Positions 8,883 through 17,010 of a stretch of 55,228 nucleotides of DNA are shown here, piece by piece. The first letter of the stretch is position 1. The number at the start of each line of letters is the position of its first letter. The position numbers and the translations under genes are program-made. This DNA is from Gaiellaceae bacterium. Lineage in GTDB: Bacteria > Actinomycetota > Thermoleophilia > Gaiellales > Gaiellaceae. Location: the NCBI GenBank assembly GCA_039583515.1, contig JAVKST010000001.1:1-55228 (forward strand), in the 5' to 3' direction. The notes beneath the pieces are model-generated. The model did no database searches. It was given only the letters and a program-made list of their open reading frames with translations, and was not told the origin of the DNA.

Positions 8883-9757
8883 CCGGGCGCGTCGAGGGCA
8901 GCGTCCCGTTCCGCGGCCACGAGACCTGGTACCGGATCGTCGGCGAGGACGGCGGCCTGCCGCTCGTGTTGCTCCACGGCGGCCCCGGCAGCACGCACCT
9001 CGGCCTAGGCGTGCTCGAGCCGCTCGCGGACGAGCGGCGGCTCGTCTTCTACGACCAGCTCGGCTGCGGCAACTCGTCGCAGCCGTCCGATCCTTCTCTC
9101 TGGACGGTCGAGCTCTTCCTCGCCGAGCTCGCCAACCTGCGTGACGAGCTCGGCCTCGGGCGGATCCACCTGCTCGGCCACTCGTGGGGCGGGATGCTCG
9201 CGCTCGAGTACGCGCTCAGCCGGCCTGCGGGTCTCGAGAGCCTCGTGCTCTCCTCGACGCTCTCGAGCGCCGCCCTGTGGGAGGAGGAGGCCCTGCGGCT
9301 GCGGAGGGAGCTGCCGCCGGACGTGCTCGCGGTGCTCGAGCGGCACGAGGCGGACGGCACCGTCCACGACCCGGAGTACGAGGAGGCGACGAAGGAGTAC
9401 TACCGGCGCCACCTCTGCCGGCTCGACCCGTGGCCGCCGGTCGTAGAGGAGATCCTGCGCGTCTCGCGCCAGGAGGTGTACGAGACGATGTGGGGGCCGA
9501 ACGAGATGCGGCCGACCGGCACGCTCGCCGGCTGGGACGTGACGCCGCGGCTGGGCGAGATCACAGTCCCGGCGCTCGTCCTCTGCGGCCGCTACGACGA
9601 GGCCACCCCGCGCCAGGCGGAGACGATCGCAAGCCACCTCGGGGGCGAGGCCGAGCTCACCGTGCTCGAGCACAGCGCGCATCTGAGCCCGGTCGAGGAG
9701 ACGGACCGGTACGTCGAGCTCGTCCGCGGCTTCCTCCGCCGCGTCGAGAACGGCTGA
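8879..9757 (+). CDS. proline iminopeptidase-family alpha/beta hydrolase (S33)
   Basis: GTGA overlap with the SDR stop. Motifs LLHGGPGS and GHSWGG (nucleophile elbow), and a C-terminal SAH. About 292 aa. Confidence 0.8.
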   Translation: MTGRVEGSVPFRGHETWYRIVGEDGGLPLVLLHGGPGSTHLGLGVLEPLADERRLVFYDQLGCGNSSQPSDPSLWTVELFLAELANLRDELGLGRIHLLGHSWGGMLALEYALSRPAGLESLVLSSTLSSAALWEEEALRLRRELPPDVLAVLERHEADGTVHDPEYEEATKEYYRRHLCRLDPWPPVVEEILRVSRQEVYETMWGPNEMRPTGTLAGWDVTPRLGEITVPALVLCGRYDEATPRQAETIASHLGGEAELTVLEHSAHLSPVEETDRYVELVRGFLRRVENG

Positions 9758-9763
9758 CGGAGC

Positions 9764-10228
9764 TCAGGCCCCGACGACCTGGACGAGCCAGCGCCGGTCG
9801 CGCTCGCGGTCGAGCTCGATGAAGAGCACGCGTTGCCAGGTCCCGAGCTGCAGCTCCCCGTCCCGGACGGGAACCGACTCGCCGGCGGTCCCCAGCAACA
9901 TCGCCATGCAGTGCGAGTGGCCGTTGCCCTGGTCCATGTCCTCCGGGCAGATGTTCTCGGTGCGCCGGTCCCAGTCGTCGTGCGCGTAGTAGCTCTCGCT
10001 CGGAACGAGCCGCTTCAGCAGGTCGCAGAAGTCCTCGAGGAAGCCGGTCTCCATCTCGTTCACGCGCACGCAGCACGTCGTGTGCGGCGAGTAGATGCAC
10101 GCGATACCGTCGACGACCCCGCTCTCGCGAACGGCCGACCGGACGTCGTCGGTGATGTCGCTGACCGTGAGCCCACCACTCGTCCGCAGCCGCGTCTCGT
10201 GCTGGAAGACCTTCATCGTCGCCGCCAT
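9764..10228 (-). CDS. YjbQ/UPF0047 family protein (secondary thiamine-phosphate synthase-like)
   Basis: 154 aa. Family pattern ...DITDDVRSAV..SGV.DGIACIYSPHTTCCV.VNE...D...LL..LVP....Y.H........NGHSH....LLG.S..VPV.DG.L.LGTWQ.V.F.ELD. Convergent with the iminopeptidase, 6 nt apart. Confidence 0.8.
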   Translation of the reverse strand: MAATMKVFQHETRLRTSGGLTVSDITDDVRSAVRESGVVDGIACIYSPHTTCCVRVNEMETGFLEDFCDLLKRLVPSESYYAHDDWDRRTENICPEDMDQGNGHSHCMAMLLGTAGESVPVRDGELQLGTWQRVLFIELDRERDRRWLVQVVGA

Positions 10229-10305
10229 TCTGCGGGAACCACTACCCCAAACGGGGGACGAACCACCGCACCCTCAGTGGATCCTGCACCTGCCCGATCG
10301 GCGCC

Positions 10306-10334
10306 TTGACCGGCCTTCCGCCGAGGAGTAGCGT
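10306..10334 (+). promoter_or_regulatory. candidate sigma-70-type promoter of the S53 peptidase gene
   Basis: TTGACC (10306-10311), a 17-nt spacer, then TAGCGT (10329-10334). It lies about 25 nt upstream of TTG 10359, which is preceded by a GGGAGGGG RBS. Confidence 0.4.
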
Positions 10335-10358
10335 CCGGCGGGCCGTGAGGGAGGGGAC

Positions 10359-12431
10359 TTGAGGCTGTTTGCCGCTGCGGCGGCGCTGTCCGCATACGTT
10401 CTGTTGACCGGAGCGGGCACGAACGCGGCCACGACCGGCCACCGGCCGTACTGGCGCGACGAGGGGCGCGGCCCGTGGATCGCGAACGTCTGCTCGCTTC
10501 CGGTCCCGCACGTGGCCGGCTGCTCCGCCGACGTCGTGACGGACTCGGCAGGCACGCCGAGCGCGTCGTCCGCGCCGGCGCCCGGCGCGCTCGGCCCGAG
10601 CCCGTTCCACTCGGCCTACAACCTGCCGACCACGGCTCCGAACAGCGAGACGATCGGCGTCGTCGACGCCTACGACGACCCGTATATCGCCAGCGACCTC
10701 GCGAAGTACGACAGCTTCTACGGGCTGCCCGCGCCGCCGAGCTTCCGGAAGGTGAACGAGACCGGCGGCACGGCGTATCCGCGCTCGAACTCCAGCTGGG
10801 CGCTCGAGATCTCACTCGACGTCGAGGTTGCCCACGCGGTTTGCCAGAACTGCAACATCCTGCTCGTCGAGGCGAGCTCGAACTCCCTCGCCGATCTCGG
10901 TGCGGCGGAGAACGAGGCGGTCAAGCTCGGCGCCGACGTGGTCTCGAACTCGTGGGGCGCCGGCGAGTACTCGAGCGAGACCTCGGACGAGTCGACCTAC
11001 TTCCACCATCCCGGTGTGGCGATCACAGCCTCGGCCGGTGACAGCGGCTACGGCGTCGAGTTTCCGGCCGCCTCGCAGTACGTCACCGCCGTCGGCGGGA
11101 CGACGCTGACCGTGAACGGCGACGGCAGCTACGGCGGCGAGACGGTCTGGAGCGGCACCGGGTCCGGCTGTTCGCAGTACGAGCCGAAGCCGCTGTGGCA
11201 GCACGATTCGTGCGCGCACCGGACGGTGAACGACGTCGCCGCGGACGCCGACCCGAAGACCGGCGCAGCGGTCTTCGACAGCGTCCCGTACCACTACCAG
11301 AGCGGCTGGTTCCAGGTCGGCGGGACGAGCCTCGCCTCGCCGCTGATCGCCGCCGTCTACGCGCTCGCCGGCAACCCTGGGGGCGTCGTCTACGGCTCGG
11401 CTCCCTATGCCGCCGGCTCCGGCCTGCTGCACGACGTGACCTCCGGGAGCGACGGCAGCTGCAGCGGCAGCTATCTCTGCACCGCCGGCCTCGGCTACGA
11501 CGCGCCCACCGGCGTCGGGACGCCCGACGGTATCGGCGCCTTCGGCGGCACGCCGCCACCGCCGCCCGCGCCCCCCGGAACGCCCGGAAACCTCCAGGCG
11601 ACGGCCGGGAACGGCTCCGTCTCGCTCTCCTGGACCGCCGCGAGTGGCGCCACCAGCTACAACATCTACCGCGGGACGAGCTCGAACGGCGAGTCATCGA
11701 CGCCCATCGCGACCGGCGTCACCGGAACGAGCTTCACCGACAGCGGGCTCATGGACGGCACGACGTACTACTACGAGGTGACCGCCGTCAACAGCGCGAA
11801 TCAGGAAGGGTCGAGGTCGACCGAGGTTTCCGGGACCCCCGTGGCCGGCGCTCCCGGCGCGCCGACGGGGCTGCTTGCGGCGGCGGGTAACGGCTCCGTC
11901 TCGCTCACGTGGAGCAAGCCGACCGACGACGGAGGGTCCCCCGTCACGAGCTACGACATCTACCGGGGGACGAGCTCGGGCGGCGAGACGCTGCTGCTGA
12001 GCGGTGTCATGGGAACGAGCTACAGCGATACCGGGCTCGCAAACGGCACCACCTACTACTTCAAGGTGGCCGCCGTAAACAGCACAGGTCCAGGGGCGAA
12101 GTCGAACGAGGCGTCCGCCACGCCGCAGTTGCCGGCCGTCGGCAACTTCTCGATCAGCATCTCTCCGTCGATGCGCTACCTCGGCGGGTTCGGGAGCACG
12201 ACCTACACGGTGACGATCACGCCCAGCAACGGGTTCTCGGGCACGGTGAGCCTGAGCCTCACCGGCTTGCCTTCGCACCTCACCTACTCGTTCTCGCCGA
12301 CTCAGGCCACCACGTCCTCCACGCTGACCCTCACGGCCTCAGGGGCCTCCTTCGGGGGCGTGAGCTTCACCGTCACCGGGACGAGCGGCTCGATCACGCA
12401 CACCGCGACCGCCTCGCTCTTCGTCTTCTGA
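10359..12431 (+). CDS. secreted S53 (sedolisin)-family serine peptidase with two FN3 domains and a C-terminal Ig-like domain
   Basis: Signal peptide MRLFAAAAALSAYVLLTGAGTNA. S53 motifs WALEISLDVEVAH (Glu/Asp), SAGDSGYG and GGTSLASP (Ser). Two FN3 repeats and a Ser/Thr-rich beta C-terminus. Confidence 0.75.
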   Translation: MRLFAAAAALSAYVLLTGAGTNAATTGHRPYWRDEGRGPWIANVCSLPVPHVAGCSADVVTDSAGTPSASSAPAPGALGPSPFHSAYNLPTTAPNSETIGVVDAYDDPYIASDLAKYDSFYGLPAPPSFRKVNETGGTAYPRSNSSWALEISLDVEVAHAVCQNCNILLVEASSNSLADLGAAENEAVKLGADVVSNSWGAGEYSSETSDESTYFHHPGVAITASAGDSGYGVEFPAASQYVTAVGGTTLTVNGDGSYGGETVWSGTGSGCSQYEPKPLWQHDSCAHRTVNDVAADADPKTGAAVFDSVPYHYQSGWFQVGGTSLASPLIAAVYALAGNPGGVVYGSAPYAAGSGLLHDVTSGSDGSCSGSYLCTAGLGYDAPTGVGTPDGIGAFGGTPPPPPAPPGTPGNLQATAGNGSVSLSWTAASGATSYNIYRGTSSNGESSTPIATGVTGTSFTDSGLMDGTTYYYEVTAVNSANQEGSRSTEVSGTPVAGAPGAPTGLLAAAGNGSVSLTWSKPTDDGGSPVTSYDIYRGTSSGGETLLLSGVMGTSYSDTGLANGTTYYFKVAAVNSTGPGAKSNEASATPQLPAVGNFSISISPSMRYLGGFGSTTYTVTITPSNGFSGTVSLSLTGLPSHLTYSFSPTQATTSSTLTLTASGASFGGVSFTVTGTSGSITHTATASLFVF
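11571..12125 (+). repeat. tandem duplication encoding two fibronectin type III domains inside the peptidase gene
   Basis: Repeat 1 is NLQATAGNGSVSLSWTAASGATSYNIYRGTSSNGES...GTTYYYEVTAVNSANQEG. Repeat 2 is GLLAAAGNGSVSLTWSKPTDDGGSPVTSYDIYRGTSSGGET...GTTYYFKVAAVNSTGPG. Confidence 0.8.
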
Positions 12432-12438
12432 GCGTCGG

Positions 12439-12456
12439 CCGCGACTTCAGTCGCGG
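12439..12456 (+). terminator. stem-loop just after the peptidase stop
   Basis: CCGCGAC-TTCA-GTCGCGG (7-bp stem, 4-nt loop), 8 nt after TGA 12429-12431. No U-tract, as is common in high-GC actinobacteria. Confidence 0.4.
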
Positions 12457-12652
12457 TAGAGCCAGACAGACGTCGGTGCTCTTCTGCGTCCGAGGATCCC
12501 TTCGTTCACGTGGCGGTGCTGCTCGTGGCGGGCGAGAGCGACAAGCGCCTCTCCTTCGGCTCGAAACGCGATGCCGGTCCTCTCGCGACATTCAGGCGGC
12601 AGTCGCCTCCTCAGCAGCCGAGGCCGCTGCGACGTAGGATCTCGGCGCTGCA

Positions 12653-13954
12653 ATGGCAGCGTTCGTACGACTTCGAGGCTGGGTCATCCTCGCCGGGTTG
12701 GCGCTGGTGCTAGCGGGCTGCGGCGGCGGTTTGGCAAGTCCGAGCGCGGCTCCGCCGACGGTCTCGCTGCTCTCGCTGTTGCCACGGAACGCCCCTGCGG
12801 ATCGGCGGGATGTGCAGGCGATCGAGACGGGGATCGAGGCGTCGATCCATGCACACGGCGGCCGCGCAGGAGCGTACATGGTGAACCTGGTGCTCGGGAA
12901 CTCGAGCGAACCCAGTCTCGGGTCTGAGTCGTGGCAGAGCTGTCCGGGCATCGGCGCGCGGTACGCGCGAGACCCGCAGATCGTGGGCGTGGTCGGGCCG
13001 CTGACGGATGCGTGCGCGGCCGGCGTCGTGCCGGCGTTCGCGCAGCGCGATGTCATCGTCGTGAGTCCGACGGCGGATGCGCCCGTGTTCACGCACGTGG
13101 TGGCGGTCGGGCGGGGCGGCGGGGTCTGTCAGGTGAGCCAGCAGAACGCCTTCTCTCTCGTTGGCTGCCGGCCCGCGGACTTCTATTCGCGCGGCGTGCG
13201 AACGTACGCGCACGTGGCGGCGTCGGTCGATCAGCAGGGGCCGGTGGCGGCGGCGACGTTCGCGCGGCTGGGCGTGAAGCGTGTCTACGTGCTGGCGGCC
13301 GATGGCGAGGACGACTGGATGCTAGCCCCGTTTCGGGAGGAGGCCCGGCGGCTGGGCATCAGGATCGTCGGCGTCGCCGGGCCGAACGTGTACGAGCCGA
13401 CGAGGAAGGCAATCCGGAAGCAGGTTCGCGCCGTGCTCGCCTCGCATGCGGACGGCCTCTTCTTGGTCGGGCACGAGGCGGACCCTGCCGGGCGCGATCG
13501 CGGGCTAGCGCCGTATCTCCAAGAACTCCGTCGGCGCGGGTTCTCGGGCCGGATCGTAGGCTCGTTCTGGCTGTCGAACGGGCTGCTGACGGAGTTTGCG
13601 CCGCAGGCAACAGAGGGAATGTTCTACACGTCGACCCGGGTAGCCTTGGTCGCGCTGCCGCAACAGGCGACGGCGTTCGCAGCGCGCTTGAACTTGCACG
13701 GCCGCTATGCGCTCGATGCGGTCTACGGTGCCGCGGCGACAAATGTGCTGCTGGATGCGATCTCGGCGTCGAATGGCACGCGCGCGGGCGTACGGGCCGC
13801 GCTGTTCCGGGTGCGCGAGAACGGCCTGCTGGGGGAGCTCGCGATCGACGCGAACGGCGATCCGGAGCCGGCGCGGGTGAGTGTCTTCCAGGTCCGGCGG
13901 GGCGCGCTCGTCTACCGGCGGACGCTGGGCGTCGAAGGCGGTACGGGCGGATGA
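12653..13954 (+). CDS. lipoprotein, type-1 periplasmic binding protein (LivJ/branched-chain amino acid-binding-like)
   Basis: Lipobox LVLAGCGGG. 433 aa with the overall PBP1 pattern (VVGPLTDACA..., YVLAADGEDDW, LFLVGHEAD, YGAAATNVLLDAI). Confidence 0.6.
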   Translation: MAAFVRLRGWVILAGLALVLAGCGGGLASPSAAPPTVSLLSLLPRNAPADRRDVQAIETGIEASIHAHGGRAGAYMVNLVLGNSSEPSLGSESWQSCPGIGARYARDPQIVGVVGPLTDACAAGVVPAFAQRDVIVVSPTADAPVFTHVVAVGRGGGVCQVSQQNAFSLVGCRPADFYSRGVRTYAHVAASVDQQGPVAAATFARLGVKRVYVLAADGEDDWMLAPFREEARRLGIRIVGVAGPNVYEPTRKAIRKQVRAVLASHADGLFLVGHEADPAGRDRGLAPYLQELRRRGFSGRIVGSFWLSNGLLTEFAPQATEGMFYTSTRVALVALPQQATAFAARLNLHGRYALDAVYGAAATNVLLDAISASNGTRAGVRAALFRVRENGLLGELAIDANGDPEPARVSVFQVRRGALVYRRTLGVEGGTGG

Positions 13955-16900
13955 GCGGGGCGATACGGGCAGCGCTGTTCGCGTTGCGGCGGCTTCGCCA
14001 TCAGCCCTTGCAGCTGACGCTGCTCGTGGTCGCGCTGGCCGCGGCCGGTGCGATCGTCGGCACGAGCAGCATCGTCGGCGCGCTCGCGTTGGAGAGCAGC
14101 GTCCACGACCAGATCGCGGCTGCGTCTCCTGCGCAGCGCGCGCTCGAGGTCGAGTACCGCCTCACGCCCGGTGGTGGCATCGGGACAAGCCGGGCTTCCT
14201 CGCGCCTGCTGGCGCGGTTCCGCGCGGTGACGACGGCGCCGGCGGCGGTTCAGGTGTGGGATCCGGTCGCCCCCGCCGACGAACGTGGCACGCACCTGGT
14301 GGTTGCGCCCGCGGGCGCAGTGCGACTGAGCTCGGGTCGTCTCCCGCGCGGCTGCGTGCGTAAGACGTGCCAGGCGCTGGCCCTCTCCGGCGGCTACAAG
14401 CTCGGTCAGCGTGTTCCGCTCGGGCGCGGCGTAAGCCTCTGGATCGTCGGTCTCGGCTCGGCGACGAACGCGGCGCTGCCCGACCAGGCGCTGCTGGCCG
14501 GAAACTCGGCGTTCGTGCCTCGGGTGGGCGGGACGCCGCTCGCGAGGGTCGAGTCGGGCTCGGGCTCGACGGTCTCACAGACGGCACTCCTCATCCCCGG
14601 TTCCGTTCATGGATGGCAGCTTCACCGGCTTGCGCAACAGTTGCGCGTCGCGAGCGTTCGGCTCGAGCGAGGCGACAGTTCGGCCAGCGTCTCGTCTCCT
14701 GCGCCGCTCCTCGATCAGCTCGGGCAGACCGGCTCGACGGCGCGTAACCGGCTGCTGCTCGTCTCGAGCGACGGCGCCGCGCTGCTGCTCGCGTTCGCCG
14801 CCTTCGTTGCCGCGCTTCGCCGGCGCGAGCTGGAGCGGATGCGTCTGCAGCTCGAGACCCTCGGCGGCTCGCGGAGGCAGGTGACACTCGTGCGGGCTGT
14901 CGAGGTCGCCGTTCCGGCTCTGCTGGCTTTGGTGCTCGTGCTCGCGGGTCTGCGGCTCGCCCTCGTGCCGGTCGGAGCGGACCACGATCTCCCCGGCGGC
15001 TTCGTCGGCGAGGCTCTGCCGCTGACGACGCTGCTGTCGGTGATCGGGCTCGAGCTGATCGGCGTCGCGATCCTCTTCGCCGCGGCCGTGCCGCACGTGC
15101 GAAGACGCTTCGGCGTCGGCCCGCTCGAGGTGGCAGCGCTGACGGCGCTCGCGGTCGTGGTCTGGCAGTCGGTTGCCACAGGTGGGCTCGACCCGAGCCA
15201 GATCGCCTCCGGCGCGGGCGGGCTGCCGGTGCTGCTGCTGACACCCGCCCTGACCGTCCTCGCCGCCGGGATCATCCTGCTGCGGCTGCTCCCGCTCATC
15301 TTCCGCCTGGCCGAGCGGCTCGCGCGGCGCGCTCCCATCCCTCTGCGGCTGGCCCTGCTCGCCGCGGCTCGCAGTCCGGGCCCGGCGGCCGCGACCACAA
15401 CCTTCCTAGCCGTCGCGCTCGGGAGCGCGCTCTTCAGCCTCAACTACCGCGCAACCCTCGACCAGCAGGCCCAGAACGCGGCCGCGTTCGCCGTCGGAGC
15501 AGCCGTCCGCATCACGTCTCCAACCACCGATACCGGAGTCCCGCAGTTGCTCGCGTCGCGACCAGTCGCCCTGCCGGCACTGCGCCTGAGCGCCACGGTA
15601 GACGAGGAGGGTGGGAGCAACCAACAGCCGTTGACGCTGCTGGCGCTGCCGGCCGACGAGATCCCCCAGATCTCGGGCTGGAGGGGAAGCTTCTCACCGT
15701 TCTCGCGCGGCAAAATCGCGCGACGGCTGCGCCCGAAACCGCTCAGCCTCAGCGGACCACGGCTCACCCGCGCCACGACCGCGATTCGCCTCTGGGCCCG
15801 GACGAACTCGACCGCACAGCGCGCTGCCGTTTTGCACCTGCTCACGGCAGGCGGCAGCTTCATCTCGCTGCCGCTCGGTCCGCTCGGCCACAGCTGGCGG
15901 CTGCTTTCTGCACCGCTGACGGCGCAGGCGCGCGACAGCGAACTGGTCGGGATCGAGTTCCCGCTCAGCAGCGGCACCGCTGGCGGTGTCGTCCTGCAGC
16001 CGGGCGGGGTGACCGGGAACTTCACCGAGAGCAACGAGACGGTCGACTTCGGCGGCATCGCCGCGGAGCGAGACGGCCGATGGCGGCCTTTGCCTTCACT
16101 CGCCGACTGGACCGGCGCGCAAGCGCCCGACTTTCAGGGCGTTCTCGCCGAGCAGCCGCTGGCCGGCGCGCCCTTCGAGCAAGGTCTTCGCTTTCAGCTC
16201 AACGGCACCTCGGTTCCGCTCGTCCGACCGCCGATCGCGCTCGAGACGCCGGTCAACTCGTCCATCTACCTCCTGCCCGCCCTGCTCGGCGCGAACGCCG
16301 CAGCCCTCGCCGTCGACCGCCAGCTGACCATCGACGTCCTCGGCCAGCAGCTGCGCCTGACCACGGCCGGAACCGCGCAGCTCTTCCCGACCGTCACGAC
16401 CGCGCCCGGCTCCTTCGCCGTCGTCGACTACCAGACGCTCTTCGCTGCGCTCAACGCCGACGATCCAGGACTCGCCCCGCCCAACGAAGCCTGGTTCAAC
16501 AGCCCCCCAGCCAGACCTCTCACTCCCGCGTCAGCACAGGTGCTCCGCCTCTGGCAACAGCGGGCGCAGCTACGCGACGATCCGCTCGCCGCCGGCACGC
16601 GCCGGCTGCTCACCTGGAGCGGCTACGCCGCCGCTGCACTCGCCCTGGTAGGCCTGATCTTCTCGATCCGGCTCGCCCTCGCCGCCGAGCGACAACTGCT
16701 CGCCGAATACGAAGCCCTCGGCGTCGGCCCCCGTACGCTCGGACGCAGCGTCCAGCTACGCCTCGTCGTCCTCTGCCTGCTCGGCTTCGTTGCCGCGCTC
16801 GCAGGTGCTGCGCTCGCGATCCGGGTCGTCGCTGCGCTCGTCGCCGTAACCGCAACCGCCGGTCAGCCGCTGCCGCCGATCCAGACGGCGATCGCCTGGC

Positions 16901-17010
16901 AGGACGGTGGTGCGCTCCTCGCTGCGGTCGCCGCCGTCGCGCTGCTCGCGGCCGCTGCGCTGACCGGCCGGGGCCTGCGCGAAGCGGCAGGAGGAAGGCT
17001 GCGGCGATGA
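13951..17010 (+). CDS. FtsX/MacB-type ABC transporter permease, double module (1019 aa)
   Basis: ATGA overlap with the binding-protein stop. N-terminus MSGAIRAALFALRRLRHQPLQLTLLVVALAAAG. Two large extracytoplasmic regions are each followed by a cluster of TM helices. The ORF-track start at 12931 is off-frame read-through of the upstream gene. Confidence 0.75.
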   Translation: MSGAIRAALFALRRLRHQPLQLTLLVVALAAAGAIVGTSSIVGALALESSVHDQIAAASPAQRALEVEYRLTPGGGIGTSRASSRLLARFRAVTTAPAAVQVWDPVAPADERGTHLVVAPAGAVRLSSGRLPRGCVRKTCQALALSGGYKLGQRVPLGRGVSLWIVGLGSATNAALPDQALLAGNSAFVPRVGGTPLARVESGSGSTVSQTALLIPGSVHGWQLHRLAQQLRVASVRLERGDSSASVSSPAPLLDQLGQTGSTARNRLLLVSSDGAALLLAFAAFVAALRRRELERMRLQLETLGGSRRQVTLVRAVEVAVPALLALVLVLAGLRLALVPVGADHDLPGGFVGEALPLTTLLSVIGLELIGVAILFAAAVPHVRRRFGVGPLEVAALTALAVVVWQSVATGGLDPSQIASGAGGLPVLLLTPALTVLAAGIILLRLLPLIFRLAERLARRAPIPLRLALLAAARSPGPAAATTTFLAVALGSALFSLNYRATLDQQAQNAAAFAVGAAVRITSPTTDTGVPQLLASRPVALPALRLSATVDEEGGSNQQPLTLLALPADEIPQISGWRGSFSPFSRGKIARRLRPKPLSLSGPRLTRATTAIRLWARTNSTAQRAAVLHLLTAGGSFISLPLGPLGHSWRLLSAPLTAQARDSELVGIEFPLSSGTAGGVVLQPGGVTGNFTESNETVDFGGIAAERDGRWRPLPSLADWTGAQAPDFQGVLAEQPLAGAPFEQGLRFQLNGTSVPLVRPPIALETPVNSSIYLLPALLGANAAALAVDRQLTIDVLGQQLRLTTAGTAQLFPTVTTAPGSFAVVDYQTLFAALNADDPGLAPPNEAWFNSPPARPLTPASAQVLRLWQQRAQLRDDPLAAGTRRLLTWSGYAAAALALVGLIFSIRLALAAERQLLAEYEALGVGPRTLGRSVQLRLVVLCLLGFVAALAGAALAIRVVAALVAVTATAGQPLPPIQTAIAWQDGGALLAAVAAVALLAAAALTGRGLREAAGGRLRR

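Noticed and set aside
12931-13950. N-terminal 340 aa of the 1359-aa ORF 12931..17010.
   Set aside because: This part is an off-frame read-through across the binding-protein gene and gives an Arg/Gly-rich nonsense translation. The permease starts at ATG 13951, in an ATGA overlap, with a typical FtsX N-terminus.
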